Source: Gammaproteobacteria bacterium
GTDB taxonomy: Bacteria; Pseudomonadota; Gammaproteobacteria; Pseudomonadales; M0112
Length of the DNA stretch: 38,008 nt
Assembly: GCA_006227085.1 (NCBI GenBank)
Contig: SBFY01000117.1
Span: 1-38,008, forward strand
Reading direction: 5' to 3'
Shown in pieces: positions 8,640 to 20,896 of this stretch. Positions within the stretch are counted from its first letter, which is position 1. The number at the start of each line of letters is the position of its first letter. The position numbers and the translations under genes were made by a program. The notes beneath the pieces are model-generated. The model saw nothing but the letters and a program-made list of their open reading frames with translations. It did not search any database and was not told the origin of the DNA.

Positions 8640-8726
8640 TGGTGCCTGGGGAGAGACTCGAACTCTCATGGTGTCACCACCGGTGGATTTTGAATCCACT
8701 GCGTCTACCGATTTCGCCACCCAGGC
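8640..8726 (-). tRNA. tRNA-Leu(CAA)
   Basis: Reverse complement GCCTGGGTGGCGAAATCGGTAGACGCA-GTGGA-TT-CAA-AA-TCCAC...GAGTTCGAGTCTC...CCAGGCA-CCA; long variable arm; encoded CCA. Confidence 0.97.
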
Positions 8727-8744
8727 GGGTATTGCGAGGCGCGG

Positions 8745-8772
8745 ATTATAGCAGTGCTTTTGCCGGCTTCAA
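8745..8772 (-). promoter_or_regulatory. sigma70 stable-RNA promoter for tRNA-Leu
   Basis: TTGAAG-16bp-TATAAT on the minus strand, followed by GC-rich discriminator CCGCGCC. Confidence 0.7.
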
Positions 8773-8856
8773 ACCATGGCGATGGATTTCCGGCTGGCGA
8801 GGGGTGCAGGATTGTTTTAGGCTAGCCGCCCCCCAGCCTCGCATGGACACGCCGGC

Positions 8857-11041
<2,185 letters not shown>

Positions 11042-11042
<1 letters not shown>

Positions 11043-11353
11043 TGTACAGCATTACGGTGTATGTGCCGGAAGCCTCGCTGGAGCCTGTCAAACAGGCCAT
11101 GTTTGCGGCGGGTGCTGGCCGTATCGGGCATTATGACCAATGCTGTTGGCAGGTGCGTGGGCAAGGGCAGTTTCGCCCCTTGCCCGGCAGCCAGCCTGCT
11201 GAAGGCGTGACGGGTAGCGTCACGCAATTGCCGGAATACCGATTGGAAATGGTCTGTGAAGAGTCTGTGCTGGCAGAAGTGGTGCGAGCCATGCGCATGG
11301 CACATCCGTATGAACAGCCGGCCTATCATGTGATCCGTATGGAGCCCGTATGA
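11042..11353 (+). CDS. YqfO/NIF3-associated stand-alone PII-like domain protein
   Basis: [39 protein letters not shown] overlap with tgt. Confidence 0.85.
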
Positions 11354-11874
11354 AATACCGTTTGGGCGATCGCCGCATTGAATGTGCCAGTGGTGATTAT
11401 TACATTGCCCCGAATGCCTCCGTGATTGGTTCTGTGCGCATCGGGCATCAGGCGAGTATCTGGTTTAACGCCGTGTTACGGGCTGACCAGGATGTCATTA
11501 CCATTGGCGATGATTGCAATGTGCAGGATGCAGCTGTCCTGCATGTGGATCCCGGTTTTCCACTCACCTTGGGCAAGGGGGTGACCATTGGCCATAAGGC
11601 CATGGTGCATGGGTGCACGATCGGCGATTACAGCCTGGTGGGCATCAATGCGGTTGTCCTGAATGGTGCCCGTATTGGCAAGTATTGCGTGATTGGCGCC
11701 AATGCATTGGTCACTGAAGGCATGGAAGTGCCGGATGGTTCAGTGGTCATGGGTACGCCCGGCAAGATCCGCAAAACAGTATCGGATGCTGAGCGTCAGC
11801 ACCTGGAGCAATTGGCAGCACATTATGTGGCGAATGGGCAGCGGTTTGCCCGGGAGTTGTGTGTCGATGACTGA
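11350..11874 (+). CDS. Gamma carbonic anhydrase family (YrdA-like) protein
   Basis: Hexapeptide repeats; [21 protein letters not shown]. Confidence 0.92.
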   Translation: MKYRLGDRRIECASGDYYIAPNASVIGSVRIGHQASIWFNAVLRADQDVITIGDDCNVQDAAVLHVDPGFPLTLGKGVTIGHKAMVHGCTIGDYSLVGINAVVLNGARIGKYCVIGANALVTEGMEVPDGSVVMGTPGKIRKTVSDAERQHLEQLAAHYVANGQRFARELCVDD

Positions 11875-12061
11875 CAGGGTGCCATCGCCATGTATCCATC
11901 AATGCACACTGGATGACAGTAATGTGTGCCTGGGTTGCCATCGCACGATCGATGAGATCATGGCATGGTCGTCATTGGATAACGCGGCAAGACAGGCTGT
12001 GCTGAATGCGACGCAGGTCAGGAAGCAGTGCTATCTTTCGAGGCCGGTTCGCGATCCTTGA
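11867..12061 (+). CDS. DUF1289 domain protein
   Basis: [24 protein letters not shown] 11867 overlaps the upstream gene end. Confidence 0.85.
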   Translation: MTDRVPSPCIHQCTLDDSNVCLGCHRTIDEIMAWSSLDNAARQAVLNATQVRKQCYLSRPVRDP

Positions 12062-13307
12062 GTGCCAGCACGGATTCAATGCTTTTCTCGCCAATGCTTT
12101 CGATCTGGAAGCGATATCTGTTGATGCTCACACAGACTGGCCCGTCCGGGAATTCTTCCAGTTGCTCAAGCAGTAAACCGTTCAGCGTTTTGGCTTCGCT
12201 GGTGGGGAGCTCCCAATCCAGGGCGCGATTGATGTCACGCAGGCTGACAGAGCCTTCCATGCGGTAATTGCCATCGGCCTGGGGTTGTATCTCTGCGCTT
12301 TCGCCAACGACTTCGACAGTGAACTCGCCGACAATGTCTTCAAGAATGTCTTCCAGCGTCACGAGCCCGATCACATCGCCGTACTCGTCGACGACGATAC
12401 CGATGCGGCGCTTTTCTTTCTGGAAATTGAACAGCTGTGTGTGCAGGGGAGTGGATTCCGGCACGAAGTAAGGTTCGCGCATCAGTTCCAGCATGCGGGA
12501 GCGCACCAGTTTGTTATCCCGGATAAATAATGAGGAATGTCGCAAATGGATAATGCCCACCACGTTATTGGTGTCTTCGTGGTAGGCCAGGATGCGGGTA
12601 AAGGGGCTGTTGTGGATGCGCTCCAGGATGGCATCGTCTGATTCATCGAGGTTGATCCCGTACATGTCGTTTTTCGGGATCATGATGTCGTTCACGGACG
12701 CTTTTTCCAGATCGAGGATGTTGAGCAGCATGTCCTGGTGTTGTTCCGGGATGCTTTCCTGGTCATCAACGATGCTGCGTAACTCATCCTTGCTCAGGCC
12801 GAGTTGCATGCTTTTGGATGGATCAAAGCCCATGCTGCGAACGACGGCGTTGCTGAACAGGTTGACGCTGCGGATGACGGGTAGCAGTGGCCACATCATG
12901 ACTTTCAGGATGGGCGCTGTCGCAAAGGCGATCCGGTCCGGATATAAGGCTGCAATCGTTTTCGGTGTGACTTCAGCAAAGATCAGTACGACGAAGGTTA
13001 ATAATAAAGACATGGCAAACAATACGCCTTCGCCATCGCCAAACAGGCGAATGGTGATCAGTGACGCGAGGACCGAGGCCATGATATTGACCAGGTTGTT
13101 GCCGAACAGGATCAGGCCGATCAGGCGATCGGGTTGGGCCAGTAAATCGCTTGCCATGCGCGCGCGGCGGTGGCCTTTGCGACTCAAATGACGCAAGCGG
13201 TAACGATCGAGCGCCATCATGCCGGTTTCAGAGCCGGAGAAGAACGCGGAACAGGTAATGAGCAGGCACAGGGCCAGCAGTAATTGCCAGAGGGGAACGT
13301 GTTCCAA
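12018..13307 (-). CDS. HlyC/CorC (CNNM, DUF21-CBS-CorC) family transporter, YfjD-like
   Basis: SAFFSGSETG, GNNLVNI, EVTPKT, VVDEYG..GLVTLEDILEDIVGE, KTLNGL; conserved position next to ypjD-ffh. Confidence 0.92.
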   Translation of the reverse strand: MEHVPLWQLLLALCLLITCSAFFSGSETGMMALDRYRLRHLSRKGHRRARMASDLLAQPDRLIGLILFGNNLVNIMASVLASLITIRLFGDGEGVLFAMSLLLTFVVLIFAEVTPKTIAALYPDRIAFATAPILKVMMWPLLPVIRSVNLFSNAVVRSMGFDPSKSMQLGLSKDELRSIVDDQESIPEQHQDMLLNILDLEKASVNDIMIPKNDMYGINLDESDDAILERIHNSPFTRILAYHEDTNNVVGIIHLRHSSLFIRDNKLVRSRMLELMREPYFVPESTPLHTQLFNFQKEKRRIGIVVDEYGDVIGLVTLEDILEDIVGEFTVEVVGESAEIQPQADGNYRMEGSVSLRDINRALDWELPTSEAKTLNGLLLEQLEEFPDGPVCVSINRYRFQIESIGEKSIESVLALKDREPASKDSTAS

Positions 13308-13377
13308 GGGACGTATGGCGCCTCAGTGACGGTGTTGAAAAGTATCTTGCGGGAAAATACCAGCGCGTGCAATGCGC

Positions 13378-14172
13378 TCAGGCGCTGCGCTGCAGTAGCA
13401 ATTCCAGTACGAATTTGCTGCCAAAGAACGCCAGCATGAGCGCAGTGAATCCGGCCAATGTCCAGCGCAAGGCTGTCTGGCTGCGCCATCCCATCGCATG
13501 GCGACCCCACAGCAATACGCTGAACACACCCAGCGCGATGATTGAAAATACGGTCTTGTGCACCAGGTGCTGGGCAAACAGGTTGTCAAAGAACAGCAGG
13601 CCAGTGGCAATGGATGCAGCGAGCAGCGCCACGCCGATGGCAATCATGCGGAACAGCAAGGTTTCCATCACTTCCAGTGGCGGCAGGATGGCCATGACCT
13701 GTCCCAGCTTGCGCTGGCGGAGCCAATGGTCCTGCAAGGCGAGGATCAGGGCCTGCAGGGTCGCCAGCGTAATGACGCTGTAGGCGAGGATGGACAGCAG
13801 GATGTGCGTGGCAATGGTGTGGGGAAATTGGCGGGGTTGGTAATTGCCATGGGTCAGGAGTGCCAGCAAGAGGCTTAATGCTGCCATGGGATATACCAGC
13901 ACCATCAGTGAGCCGATCGGCAAGCGCAGGCTGCTGATCCAGCCAATCAGGATGATCATTACGAAGATCAGGGTGGCGATGCGGAAGAAGCCCAGGTCGT
14001 AACCCGCGGGCACATGAATCAGGTGCCAGGTGGTCCAGGCATGCAGTGCGAGACCCGCCAATGCGAGCCAGTCGGCGCCGTGGGTCTTGCCTGCGCGCAG
14101 GCGTGCCAGCAGCCATGCGGTGCAGGCGAGGTAAATGGCGATGGCGGTAAAGCCGGTAATGCTGTCCAGCAT
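13378..14172 (-). CDS. ypjD: Inner membrane protein YpjD (CcsA/cytochrome c assembly family)
   Basis: HILLSILAY, LPPLEVME, HKTVFS, GWR, FGSKFVLE; divergent from ffh. Confidence 0.88.
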   Translation of the reverse strand: MLDSITGFTAIAIYLACTAWLLARLRAGKTHGADWLALAGLALHAWTTWHLIHVPAGYDLGFFRIATLIFVMIILIGWISSLRLPIGSLMVLVYPMAALSLLLALLTHGNYQPRQFPHTIATHILLSILAYSVITLATLQALILALQDHWLRQRKLGQVMAILPPLEVMETLLFRMIAIGVALLAASIATGLLFFDNLFAQHLVHKTVFSIIALGVFSVLLWGRHAMGWRSQTALRWTLAGFTALMLAFFGSKFVLELLLQRSA

Positions 14173-14295
14173 GTGTGTGTCCTCTGGCGCCAAAGTGTCG
14201 CACAAGGCTCAAGGCATGGAAACACCATGCCGACCCAGTCGGGAAAAACCCCGTTATAATGGCCGCCTTCTGCTGAAACGCTGGCGTTAAAGACC

Positions 14296-15669
14296 ATGTT
14301 TGAAAACCTGACCGAACGCTTATCCCATACCCTGCGCTCCGTGACCGGCAAGGCGCGCCTGAGTGAAGAGAACATCCAGGACGCCCTGCGCGATGTGCGT
14401 AATGCCCTGATCGAGGCTGATGTCGCACTGCCGGTGATCCAGGCGTTCACCAATGCGGTGCGTGAAAAAGCCGTGGGTGCCGAAGTGGCAGCCAGCCTGA
14501 ACCCGGGCCAGGCCTTCATCAAGATCGTCCAGGCCGAGCTGGAGCGGGTGATGGGGGAAGGCAATGCTGCCCTGAATCTCGCGGTGCAGCCGCCGGCCAT
14601 TATCCTGATGGCGGGTTTGCAGGGCGCTGGTAAAACCACCTCGGTGGCGAAGCTGGCGCGTTGGCTGAAAGAGCGCCAGAAGAAGAAGGTCATGGTGGTC
14701 AGTGCGGACGTGTACCGTCCTGCCGCGATGGAGCAGCTCAAGGTATTGGCCGATGAAGTGGGGGCTATTTGCTATCCCGCGAACCCGGACCAGCAGCCCT
14801 TGGCGATTGTGCAGGCCGCTGCCCAGCAGGCGAAAATCCAGTTTGCCGATGTATTGATCGTCGACACCGCCGGCCGTTTGGCGATTGACCAGGCCATGAT
14901 GACGGAAATCCAGCAGCTGCATGCCGCGCTGAAGCCGGCGGAAACGCTGTTTGTGGTCGATGCCATGACTGGCCAGGATGCGGCCAATACCGCCAAGGCC
15001 TTTGGTGAGGCGCTGCCGCTGACCGGTGTGATCCTGACCAAGGCCGATGCCGATAACCGTGGTGGTGCGGCCCTGTCGGTGCGCCACATCACTGGCAAGC
15101 CGATCAAGTTCCTCGGTATGGGCGAGAAAACCGAAGCGCTGGAACCGTTCTATCCGGACCGTATCGCTTCCCGCATCCTTGGCATGGGCGATGTGCTGAG
15201 CCTTATCGAAGAGGCAGAGCAGAAGCTCGACAAGAAAAAAGCCGAGAAGCTGGCCAAGAAGATCAAGAAGGGCAAGGGCTTTGACCTGGAAGACTTCCGT
15301 GACCAGATCCAGCAGATGAAGAACATGGGTGGCATTGGCGCCATGCTCGACAAGATGCCTTCCATGCCGGGCATGCCGAACCTGTCACAGGCCGCGCAGG
15401 GCATTGATACCAAGGTCTTCGTGCAAATGGAGGCGATCATCAATTCCATGACCCCGGATGAACGCCGCGATCCCGAGAAACTGAACGGCTCCCGCAAGCG
15501 CCGCATCACCCAGGGGTCCGGCACCAGCCTGCAGGACCTGAATCGCCTGCTGAAGCAGCACAAGCAGATGCAGAAGATGATGAAAAAGCTCAAGGGTGGC
15601 GGCATGGCCAACATGATGCGCGGGATGGGTGGGATGATGCCGCCGGGTGGCGGTTTCCGGGGTTTTTGA
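14296..15669 (+). CDS. ffh: Signal recognition particle protein
   Basis: GLQGAGKTT, DTAGR, DAMTGQDA, Met-rich M domain; TATAAT at 14255-14260 upstream. Confidence 0.99.
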   Translation: MFENLTERLSHTLRSVTGKARLSEENIQDALRDVRNALIEADVALPVIQAFTNAVREKAVGAEVAASLNPGQAFIKIVQAELERVMGEGNAALNLAVQPPAIILMAGLQGAGKTTSVAKLARWLKERQKKKVMVVSADVYRPAAMEQLKVLADEVGAICYPANPDQQPLAIVQAAAQQAKIQFADVLIVDTAGRLAIDQAMMTEIQQLHAALKPAETLFVVDAMTGQDAANTAKAFGEALPLTGVILTKADADNRGGAALSVRHITGKPIKFLGMGEKTEALEPFYPDRIASRILGMGDVLSLIEEAEQKLDKKKAEKLAKKIKKGKGFDLEDFRDQIQQMKNMGGIGAMLDKMPSMPGMPNLSQAAQGIDTKVFVQMEAIINSMTPDERRDPEKLNGSRKRRITQGSGTSLQDLNRLLKQHKQMQKMMKKLKGGGMANMMRGMGGMMPPGGGFRGF

Positions 15670-15695
15670 ACCCGCCGGAACCCCCTGAAAACGCT

Positions 15696-15723
15696 TTGAT
15701 TTTTCAGGGAGTTGGCTTAGAAT
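15696..15723 (+). promoter_or_regulatory. sigma70 promoter of the rpsP operon
   Basis: TTGATT-16bp-TAGAAT followed by GC-rich discriminator GTCGCGCC. Confidence 0.65.
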
Positions 15724-15835
15724 GTCGCGCCTTTCGGGAGCCTTGGTGCCTGCGTGATCGGGAATCAAGGCTTTCGTTATTGCAACCCAATGTTTTTAAA
15801 AGCCTTTTTAGGCATAGCAGGATCTGGTACAGAGT

Positions 15836-16084
15836 ATGGTTACGATTCGTTTGGCTCGCGGTGGCGCCAAAAAGCGCCCGTTCTACCACATCACGGTAAC
15901 GGATAGCCGCAACCCGCGGGATGGCCGTTTCATTGAGCGCGTTGGCTTCTTCAACCCGGTGGCCCGGGGCCAGGAAGTGCGCCTGAACGTCAACCTGGAG
16001 CGTGTGGATTACTGGGCTGGCCAGGGTGCCAAGCTGTCCGATCGCGTTTCCCAGCTGGTTGAGGAGGCTCGCAAGGCCGCTTGA
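15836..16084 (+). CDS. rpsP: 30S ribosomal protein S16
   Basis: [31 protein letters not shown]. Confidence 0.99.
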   Translation: MVTIRLARGGAKKRPFYHITVTDSRNPRDGRFIERVGFFNPVARGQEVRLNVNLERVDYWAGQGAKLSDRVSQLVEEARKAA

Positions 16085-16620
16085 TGGCTGCGGGCGCTGA
16101 CAAGGTTGTGGTGGGCAAGATCGCCACGGCCTGGGGTGTGCGGGGTTGGGTCAAACTGATCCCGTTCACGGAAGATCCGGAACAGTTGCTGGCCTACCCG
16201 CGATTGTTCCTCCAGCAAGGTGGGCGCTGGCAAAGCCTCACATTTGCGGAAAGTCGCGTGCAAGGAGCCGGTCTGGTGGCACGCATTGATGGTTGTACCG
16301 ACCGGGATCAGGCGCTCATGTACCGGAATTGCCTGATTGCCATAGATCCGGCCGATATGCCGGCGTTGGCAGAAGACGAGTTTTATTGGCACCAGCTGGT
16401 GGGCCTCAAGGTGTTCACAGCGGTGCAGGGCAAGCCGGTCTTGCTCGGGCAGGTGGATCACCTGCTCGAAACCGGTGCCAACGATGTGCTGGTGGTCAAG
16501 CCATGTGATGGCAGCCTGGATCGGCAAGAACGGTTGATCCCGTGGCTACCGGGCCAGTATGTCGGGAAAGTGGATCTCGAGGCTGGTGAGATCGAGGTCG
16601 ATTGGGATCCGGATTTCTGA
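16084..16620 (+). CDS. rimM: Ribosome maturation factor RimM
   Basis: GVRGWVK, EFYWHQLVGL, ETGANDVLVV, VDWDPDF. Confidence 0.98.
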   Translation: MAAGADKVVVGKIATAWGVRGWVKLIPFTEDPEQLLAYPRLFLQQGGRWQSLTFAESRVQGAGLVARIDGCTDRDQALMYRNCLIAIDPADMPALAEDEFYWHQLVGLKVFTAVQGKPVLLGQVDHLLETGANDVLVVKPCDGSLDRQERLIPWLPGQYVGKVDLEAGEIEVDWDPDF

Positions 16621-16643
16621 TCCGGTGAACGTGGAGGACGGGA

Positions 16644-17414
16644 ATGCGATTTGGCGTCATTACCCTGTTCCCGGAAATGTTCGAGGCAGTCACGCATTAC
16701 GGGATTACCGGGCGGGCTGTGGATAACGGGTTACTCAGCGTGCAGTGCTTCAATCCGAGGCAATGGACGCAAGACCGTCACCAGACGGTGGATGATCGCC
16801 CTTATGGCGGTGGACCCGGCATGGTGATGCAGGTAGGACCCCTGCGTGGCGCCATTGACGAAGCGCGCCGGGTATTGGGTGATGCCACGCCGGTGGTGTA
16901 TTTGTCGCCACAGGGCAAACGGCTGGACCAGGCGCAAGTGCGCCGGTTGGCGCAACGGGAATCGATGATCCTGTTGGCGGGTCGTTACGAAGGGGTTGAT
17001 GAGCGATTGTTGGCCCTGGAAGTCGATGAGGAATGGTCGCTGGGTGATTATGTCCTCAGCGGTGGCGAATTACCGGCCATGGTGTTGATTGATGCCGTGG
17101 CCCGCCTGCAGGCAGGAGCCCTGGGGCATGAGCGGTCCGCGGAAGAGGATTCGTTCGAGGATGGATTGCTGGATTGCCCGCATTTCACCCGTCCGGAATT
17201 CGTGGAAGGGTGGGCAGTACCGGAGGTGCTGCGCAGTGGCGATCACGAAGCCATCCGTCGCTGGCGATTGAAACAATCGTTGGGGCGGACATGGCAACGC
17301 AGGCCGGATTTGTTGGCCCAGCGCACGCTGACGCAAGAAGAGCAGCAGCTGCTGGAAGAGTACAGGACTGAACAAGGCGAGCCACTGGCCGCCGCTTTTG
17401 TGAAACGAGGGTAG
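16644..17414 (+). CDS. trmD: tRNA (guanine37-N1)-methyltransferase
   Basis: [29 protein letters not shown]. Confidence 0.99.
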   Translation: MRFGVITLFPEMFEAVTHYGITGRAVDNGLLSVQCFNPRQWTQDRHQTVDDRPYGGGPGMVMQVGPLRGAIDEARRVLGDATPVVYLSPQGKRLDQAQVRRLAQRESMILLAGRYEGVDERLLALEVDEEWSLGDYVLSGGELPAMVLIDAVARLQAGALGHERSAEEDSFEDGLLDCPHFTRPEFVEGWAVPEVLRSGDHEAIRRWRLKQSLGRTWQRRPDLLAQRTLTQEEQQLLEEYRTEQGEPLAAAFVKRG

Positions 17415-17418
17415 ACCC

Positions 17419-17805
17419 ATGAGCGCGAACAAGATCATTGCCCAGCTGGAAGCCGAACAGCTGAAAACCAACCTGCCGGATGCCAGCATTGGCGATACCG
17501 TGGTGGTGCAAGTGAAAGTAAAGGAAGGCGATCGTGAGCGTCTGCAGACCTACGAAGGCGTGTTGATTGCCAAGCGTAATCGCGGCCTGAACTCTGCCAT
17601 TACCGTGCGCAAGATTTCCCACGGTGTGGGTGTTGAGCGTGTGTTCCAGGTGCACAGCCCGTTGGTGGACAGCATCAGCGTCAAGCGTCGTGGTGATGTG
17701 CGCAAGGCCAAGCTGTATCACCTGCGCGAACTGTCAGGCAAATCAGCCCGCATCAAGGAAAAGCTGGTCAGCAAGGACAAGGCGGAAGCAGCGGCCGACG
17801 AGTAA
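17419..17805 (+). CDS. rplS: 50S ribosomal protein L19
   Basis: [32 protein letters not shown]. Confidence 0.99.
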   Translation: MSANKIIAQLEAEQLKTNLPDASIGDTVVVQVKVKEGDRERLQTYEGVLIAKRNRGLNSAITVRKISHGVGVERVFQVHSPLVDSISVKRRGDVRKAKLYHLRELSGKSARIKEKLVSKDKAEAAADE

Positions 17806-17827
17806 TGGCCTGACTGTGTGCGCAACG

Positions 17828-17857
17828 AAAAAGGGCAGCCACACGCTGCCCTTTTTT
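17828..17857 (+). terminator. Rho-independent terminator of the rpsP operon
   Basis: A5-GGGCAGC-CACAC-GCTGCCC-T6. Confidence 0.9.
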
Positions 17858-17885
17858 ATTCGGGGTTTTATGACGGGTTCCTGAC

Positions 17886-18773
17886 ATGAACGACGCCATC
17901 ATTGATACCTACCTGGATGCCATCTGGATGGAGAAAGGGCTCAGTGAAAACACGCTGGCATCGTATCGTCGTGATTTGCAGGCATTTGCCTCATGGCTGG
18001 GGACGCGCTCGGTGCCGCTCACAGCGGTGACGCCGGCGGATATCCAGGGTTTCCTGGCGCACCGCTTGCAGAAAGGGATATCGGCGCGCTCTACCTCACG
18101 CTTCTTGTCCAGCTTGCGTGGTTTTTACCAATACCTGTTGCGTGAGCGGCAGGTGCAGGAAGATCCGACCTTGCTGATTGAAAGCCCCAAGTTACCCAAG
18201 CCCTTACCGAAATCCCTGACCGAAGACGATGTGGAAGCCTTGTTGGCAGCACCGGAGATTGCCACGGTGTTGGGCTTGCGCGATCGCGCCATGCTGGAAT
18301 TGCTGTATGCCTGTGGTTTGCGGGTGAGCGAACTGGTGGGGTTGCGCATGTCCAGCCTGGGTATGAACCAGGGTGTGGTGCGCGTGACGGGCAAGGGGGG
18401 CAAGGAGCGCCTGATCCCGATGGGGGAAGAAGCGATGCGCTGGATTGCCCGCTACCTGAAGGAATCGCGCCCGGCCTTGCTGGCCTCCGGCAGTGATGAT
18501 GTGCTGTTTCCCAGCCAGCGCAGCCAGCAGATGACACGGCAGACGTTCTGGCACCGCATCAAGCGCTATGCCGTCGAAGCCGGCATCCGCAAGCCGTTGT
18601 CGCCGCATACCTTGCGCCATGCATTCGCCACACACCTGATTAACCATGGTGCCGATTTGCGTGCAGTCCAACTCCTGTTAGGGCATAGTGACCTGTCAAC
18701 AACCCAGATTTATACCCATGTTGCCCGCCAGCGCATGCAGGAATTGCATGCCCGGCATCATCCGCGTGGATAG
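17886..18773 (+). CDS. xerD: Site-specific tyrosine recombinase XerD
   Basis: RDRAMLELLYACGLRVSEL, TRQTFWHRIK, HTLRHAFATH, LGHSDLSTTQIYTHVA; canonical xerD-dsbC order. Confidence 0.97.
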   Translation: MNDAIIDTYLDAIWMEKGLSENTLASYRRDLQAFASWLGTRSVPLTAVTPADIQGFLAHRLQKGISARSTSRFLSSLRGFYQYLLRERQVQEDPTLLIESPKLPKPLPKSLTEDDVEALLAAPEIATVLGLRDRAMLELLYACGLRVSELVGLRMSSLGMNQGVVRVTGKGGKERLIPMGEEAMRWIARYLKESRPALLASGSDDVLFPSQRSQQMTRQTFWHRIKRYAVEAGIRKPLSPHTLRHAFATHLINHGADLRAVQLLLGHSDLSTTQIYTHVARQRMQELHARHHPRG

Positions 18774-18845
18774 CCTGGCAACAGTGGGAACGAAATGCGG
18801 GACCAAGGGTCTTCCAACATGAATCATCAAATGAGGAAAAAGACG

Positions 18846-19658
18846 ATGTTGCGGGCGTTGTGGGTCATGTGGGCATTTTGCCTGATACCGTCAGTGGTCC
18901 TTGCCGGTGAAGGTGCAGCGGTTGCCGGGGCGCCGGTGATGCGTTCCCAGCCAAGCCTGGAAGTGGTGAGGAAAACCATTGTGGCGCAAGTGGCTACGGT
19001 TAAACCCGATTGGGTCTTGCTGGATGTCAAGCCATCGGCGATTGAAGGTTTGTATGAGGCGCGTTTCCAGAATGGGTTGTTGGCCTATATCAGTGCTGAT
19101 GGCCGATACATTGTAGATGGCGAGCTTTACGAGATTCGCAAAGGCGACGTTGTTTCGCTGACAGAAGAATCCCGTAGCCTGGAGCGTGCGCCTAAATTGG
19201 CGGCGATTGCCCGCAAGGACATGGTGATTTTTTCACCGCCGCCACCACAGGCAACCAAGGCAGCCCTGTATGTGTTTACCGATGTGGATTGCGGGTATTG
19301 CCAGAAACTGCATTCGGAAGTGCCATTGCTGAATGCCATGGGTATTGAGGTGCGTTACCTGGCATGGCCACGTGCCGGCTTCGATTCGGATACGTATCGC
19401 AAGATGGCGACGATCTGGTGTGCCAAGGGTAACGAGCGCAATGATTTGATGACGAAATACAAGAACCGTGAGGCAGCGCCCTTGAATGTGTGCGAGGATA
19501 ATCCGGTCGCTGCGCAATTCCGTTTAGGTCAGGAACTGGGCATCAGTGGCACGCCTGCACTGATGTTTGAGAATGGCCGCATGCAGCCGGGTTACTTGCC
19601 AGCCGATCAATTGGCGCCGCTGGTTATCAAGACTTCCCTTGAGGCAAAAAGCCGGTAA
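18846..19658 (+). CDS. dsbC: Thiol:disulfide isomerase DsbC
   Basis: Signal peptide; FTDVDCGYC; GISGTP..PGY; start uncertain (18819-18846). Confidence 0.92.
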   Translation: MLRALWVMWAFCLIPSVVLAGEGAAVAGAPVMRSQPSLEVVRKTIVAQVATVKPDWVLLDVKPSAIEGLYEARFQNGLLAYISADGRYIVDGELYEIRKGDVVSLTEESRSLERAPKLAAIARKDMVIFSPPPPQATKAALYVFTDVDCGYCQKLHSEVPLLNAMGIEVRYLAWPRAGFDSDTYRKMATIWCAKGNERNDLMTKYKNREAAPLNVCEDNPVAAQFRLGQELGISGTPALMFENGRMQPGYLPADQLAPLVIKTSLEAKSR

Positions 19659-19670
19659 CCGGAAGCCGCC

Positions 19671-20876
19671 ATGCATACCGATTTCCGTCGCATCGGCCGC
19701 TTGCCCCCTTATGTCTTCAACGTCATTGGTGAGTTGAAGAAGCAGGCGCGTGCGCGTGGCGAAGACATCATCGATTTCGGTATGGGTAATCCCGACCAGC
19801 CAACCCCGCAACACATCGTCGATAAATTGATTGAAACGACGCAACGGGGAGACACCCATCGTTATTCCCAGTCCAAGGGTATCCCGCGGCTGCGCCGGGC
19901 CATTTGCCAGTGGTACCAGAAGCGTTTTGGCGTGACGCTGGATCCGGAAACGGAAGCGATCGTGACCTTGGGTTCGAAGGAAGGCCTGGCGCACCTGGCC
20001 CTGGCGACACTGGGGCCGGGAGACGCGGTACTGGTACCCAATCCGGCCTACCCGATTCATCCTTATGGGTTTGTCATTGCCGGTGCGGATATCCGTCATG
20101 TGCCGTTGGTGGATGGCGGGGATTTTTTTGCCGAGCTGGAATCAGCGGTGCGCAACACCTATCCCAAGCCGAAGATGCTGGTGTTGAATTTCCCGGGTAA
20201 CCCGACCGCGTCGTGTGTGGAGCTGGATTTTTTCGAGCGCGTTGTCGCTTTTGCCCGTGAGCACCAGATCTGGGTGATCCAGGATCTGGCCTATGCCGAT
20301 CTGTGTTTTGACGGCTATGTGGCGCCATCCATCCTGCAAGTGCCGGGTGCCAAAGAGGTGGCGGTGGAGTTTTTCACCCTCTCAAAGAGTTACAATATGC
20401 CCGGCTGGCGGGTCGGTTTTTGCTGCGGTAATCCCGTGTTGGTGGGCGCGTTGGCGAGGATGAAGTCGTACCTCGACTACGGCATGTTTACCCCCATCCA
20501 GGTTGCAGCCATTACGGCACTGGAAGGTGACCAATCCTGTGTGGCGGAGATCTGTGATCGTTACCGTCATCGCCGTGATGTGCTGTGCAAGGGGTTGGCC
20601 GAAGCCGGTTGGCCGGTCGATGTGCCCAAGGCCACGATGTTTGTGTGGGCCAGGATCCCGGAAGCGTATCAGTCGATGGGCTCGCTGGAGTTCAGCAAGA
20701 AGCTGTTGCGGGACGCCAGGGTGGCTGTATCACCCGGTATCGGGTTTGGTGAATACGGTGAAGGTTATGTGCGGTTTGGCTTGATCGAAAACGAACATCG
20801 CACCCGGCAAGCGGTGCGCAATATCCGGCGGATGTTTCGCGAGGATGGATTGATTGCTGGCCTTGGCCAGGAATAG
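19671..20876 (+). CDS. alaC: Alanine transaminase (PLP class I)
   Basis: [41 protein letters not shown]. Confidence 0.93.
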   Translation: MHTDFRRIGRLPPYVFNVIGELKKQARARGEDIIDFGMGNPDQPTPQHIVDKLIETTQRGDTHRYSQSKGIPRLRRAICQWYQKRFGVTLDPETEAIVTLGSKEGLAHLALATLGPGDAVLVPNPAYPIHPYGFVIAGADIRHVPLVDGGDFFAELESAVRNTYPKPKMLVLNFPGNPTASCVELDFFERVVAFAREHQIWVIQDLAYADLCFDGYVAPSILQVPGAKEVAVEFFTLSKSYNMPGWRVGFCCGNPVLVGALARMKSYLDYGMFTPIQVAAITALEGDQSCVAEICDRYRHRRDVLCKGLAEAGWPVDVPKATMFVWARIPEAYQSMGSLEFSKKLLRDARVAVSPGIGFGEYGEGYVRFGLIENEHRTRQAVRNIRRMFREDGLIAGLGQE

Positions 20877-20896
20877 AAGCAGTTAAGGAGCAAGCG

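Noticed and set aside
17886..18773. Tyrosine recombinase as sign of a mobile element
   Set aside because: It is housekeeping XerD in the canonical rplS-xerD-dsbC context.
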